NCBI GenBank assembly: GCA_008933805.1
Contig: WBUH01000010.1
Coordinates: forward strand, 37,820 to 101,819
DNA from: Bacteroidota bacterium
GTDB lineage: Bacteria > Bacteroidota > Bacteroidia > UBA8524
Reading direction: 5' to 3'
DNA length: 64,000 nt
The notes under the pieces are model-generated. The model was given only the letters and a program-made list of their open reading frames with translations, did no database searches and had not been told where the DNA came from. Shown one piece after another: positions 63,427 to 64,000 of this stretch. Numbering within the stretch: position 1 is the first letter of the stretch; every line of letters begins with the position of its first letter. Both the position numbers and the translations under genes were made by a program.

Positions 63427-64000
63427 CTATCTCGTAAACAACTTTGAGGCGTTTATATTACCCTGCTCATTCAGGTACCAGTTCTTATTGGTATTTCCTC
63501 CGCTTTGAGCCCAATTAGCAAAATTCAGGTACGCTTGAATAATGCTTGTCTTTTCTGAAGGGTATGCAAACTGCATAGGCATGTGTATTGCCCATGGAAG
63601 GTTGCCGCTTGTTTTGTAATAACGGTTAGCATTAGGTATGCTGTTATCTTTTCCTGTGCCAAGTAAACTAAGTGTTGCCAGCGCGGTATTGGGTTGGTCG
63701 GGCAGGTGTATCTCAGTACCTCTGTTTAAGGTAAATACAAAGGGATTGAAGGGATATGTACCCAAGTCGCCAAAAGTAATCGGGTTGGTAAAAGTCATCT
63801 TGGTCTTAATAGTATCAGGATATGATATGGGTGAATTATTTACTGTGTTGTAGAACGATTGACCTGTGCCCGAAAGTTGGTCGGCAACTTCATCAAACAA
63901 TATCATCACGGCCTTTGTATGCCCTTGTTCTAGCCCTTTGCTGTTCAACGTAACGCGGTTGCGGGTAATTTGTGAGCCGGTAACCTGCGAAACAGCCGAG
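63427..64000 (-). CDS. Second LruC-domain protein, 5'-truncated by the window edge
   Basis: The track start at 63948 is a TTG inside an open frame. Hand translation of 63949-63999 gives SAVSQVTGSQITRNRVT, collinear with LVNQVTGYDITRSRVT of the neighbouring paralogue, so the gene continues beyond 64000. Confidence 0.7.
   Translation of the reverse strand, partial: SAVSQVTGSQITRNRVTLNSKGLEQGHTKAVMILFDEVADQLSGTGQSFYNTVNNSPISYPDTIKTKMTFTNPITFGDLGTYPFNPFVFTLNRGTEIHLPDQPNTALATLSLLGTGKDNSIPNANRYYKTSGNLPWAIHMPMQFAYPSEKTSIIQAYLNFANWAQSGGNTNKNWYLNEQGNINASKLFTR

Noticed and set aside
1-64000. Search by eye for tRNA/rRNA genes, CRISPR arrays, transposases, integrases, prophage genes, toxin-antitoxin pairs, restriction-modification or other known defence modules
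   Set aside because: None was recognised. No ORF shows DDE, tyrosine- or serine-recombinase, nuclease/methylase or Cas-like motifs. A profile-based scan would be needed to exclude divergent members among the hypothetical proteins (32097-33509, 41018-42004, 45604-46143, 47176-48147, 58811-59416).

Overview
Read by eye only; no searches or computations were run. The window looks like chromosomal DNA of a Bacteroidota member. Support: T9SS cargo with both C-terminal domain (CTD) classes, a PorP/SprF gene, TAnnTTTG -7 promoter boxes close to start codons, and the DUF3822-rsmD-coaD arrangement. Positions 242-31722 (minus strand) form one tightly packed ~31.5-kb block of seven genes. It holds five giant secreted repeat proteins (1182, 2657, 2027, 1990, 1619 aa; CTD order B-A-A-A-B), then a PorE-like TPR/beta-propeller/OmpA lipoprotein and a PorP/SprF barrel. 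This block is my best candidate for an undescribed surface system. Upstream of it sits an AT-rich pair of orphan genes. The second half is mostly housekeeping (comM/yifB, lpdA, coaD, rsmD, rnz, YceI, PaaN-like ALDH), interrupted by four accessory units. (i) A stress-protein island: degenerate-HMA AraC regulator, CsbD-like, cupin, YtxH, holin-like, OM barrels and an unlisted 51-aa lmo0937-type ORF. Two of its promoters share a 58-nt TGTAAC-N15-TGTAAC...CTTTGTA architecture. (ii) A PilJ/NarX-type multi-PAS histidine kinase with a receiver-only partner. (iii) A cobalamin riboswitch driving a BtuB-like TonB-dependent receptor plus a beta-propeller surface lipoprotein. (iv) Two tandem LruC-domain lipoprotein paralogues, the second cut by the window edge. 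I saw no rRNA, tRNA, CRISPR array, transposase, integrase or recognisable defence/toxin genes. Most plus-strand track ORFs inside 242-31722 are antisense shadow ORFs.
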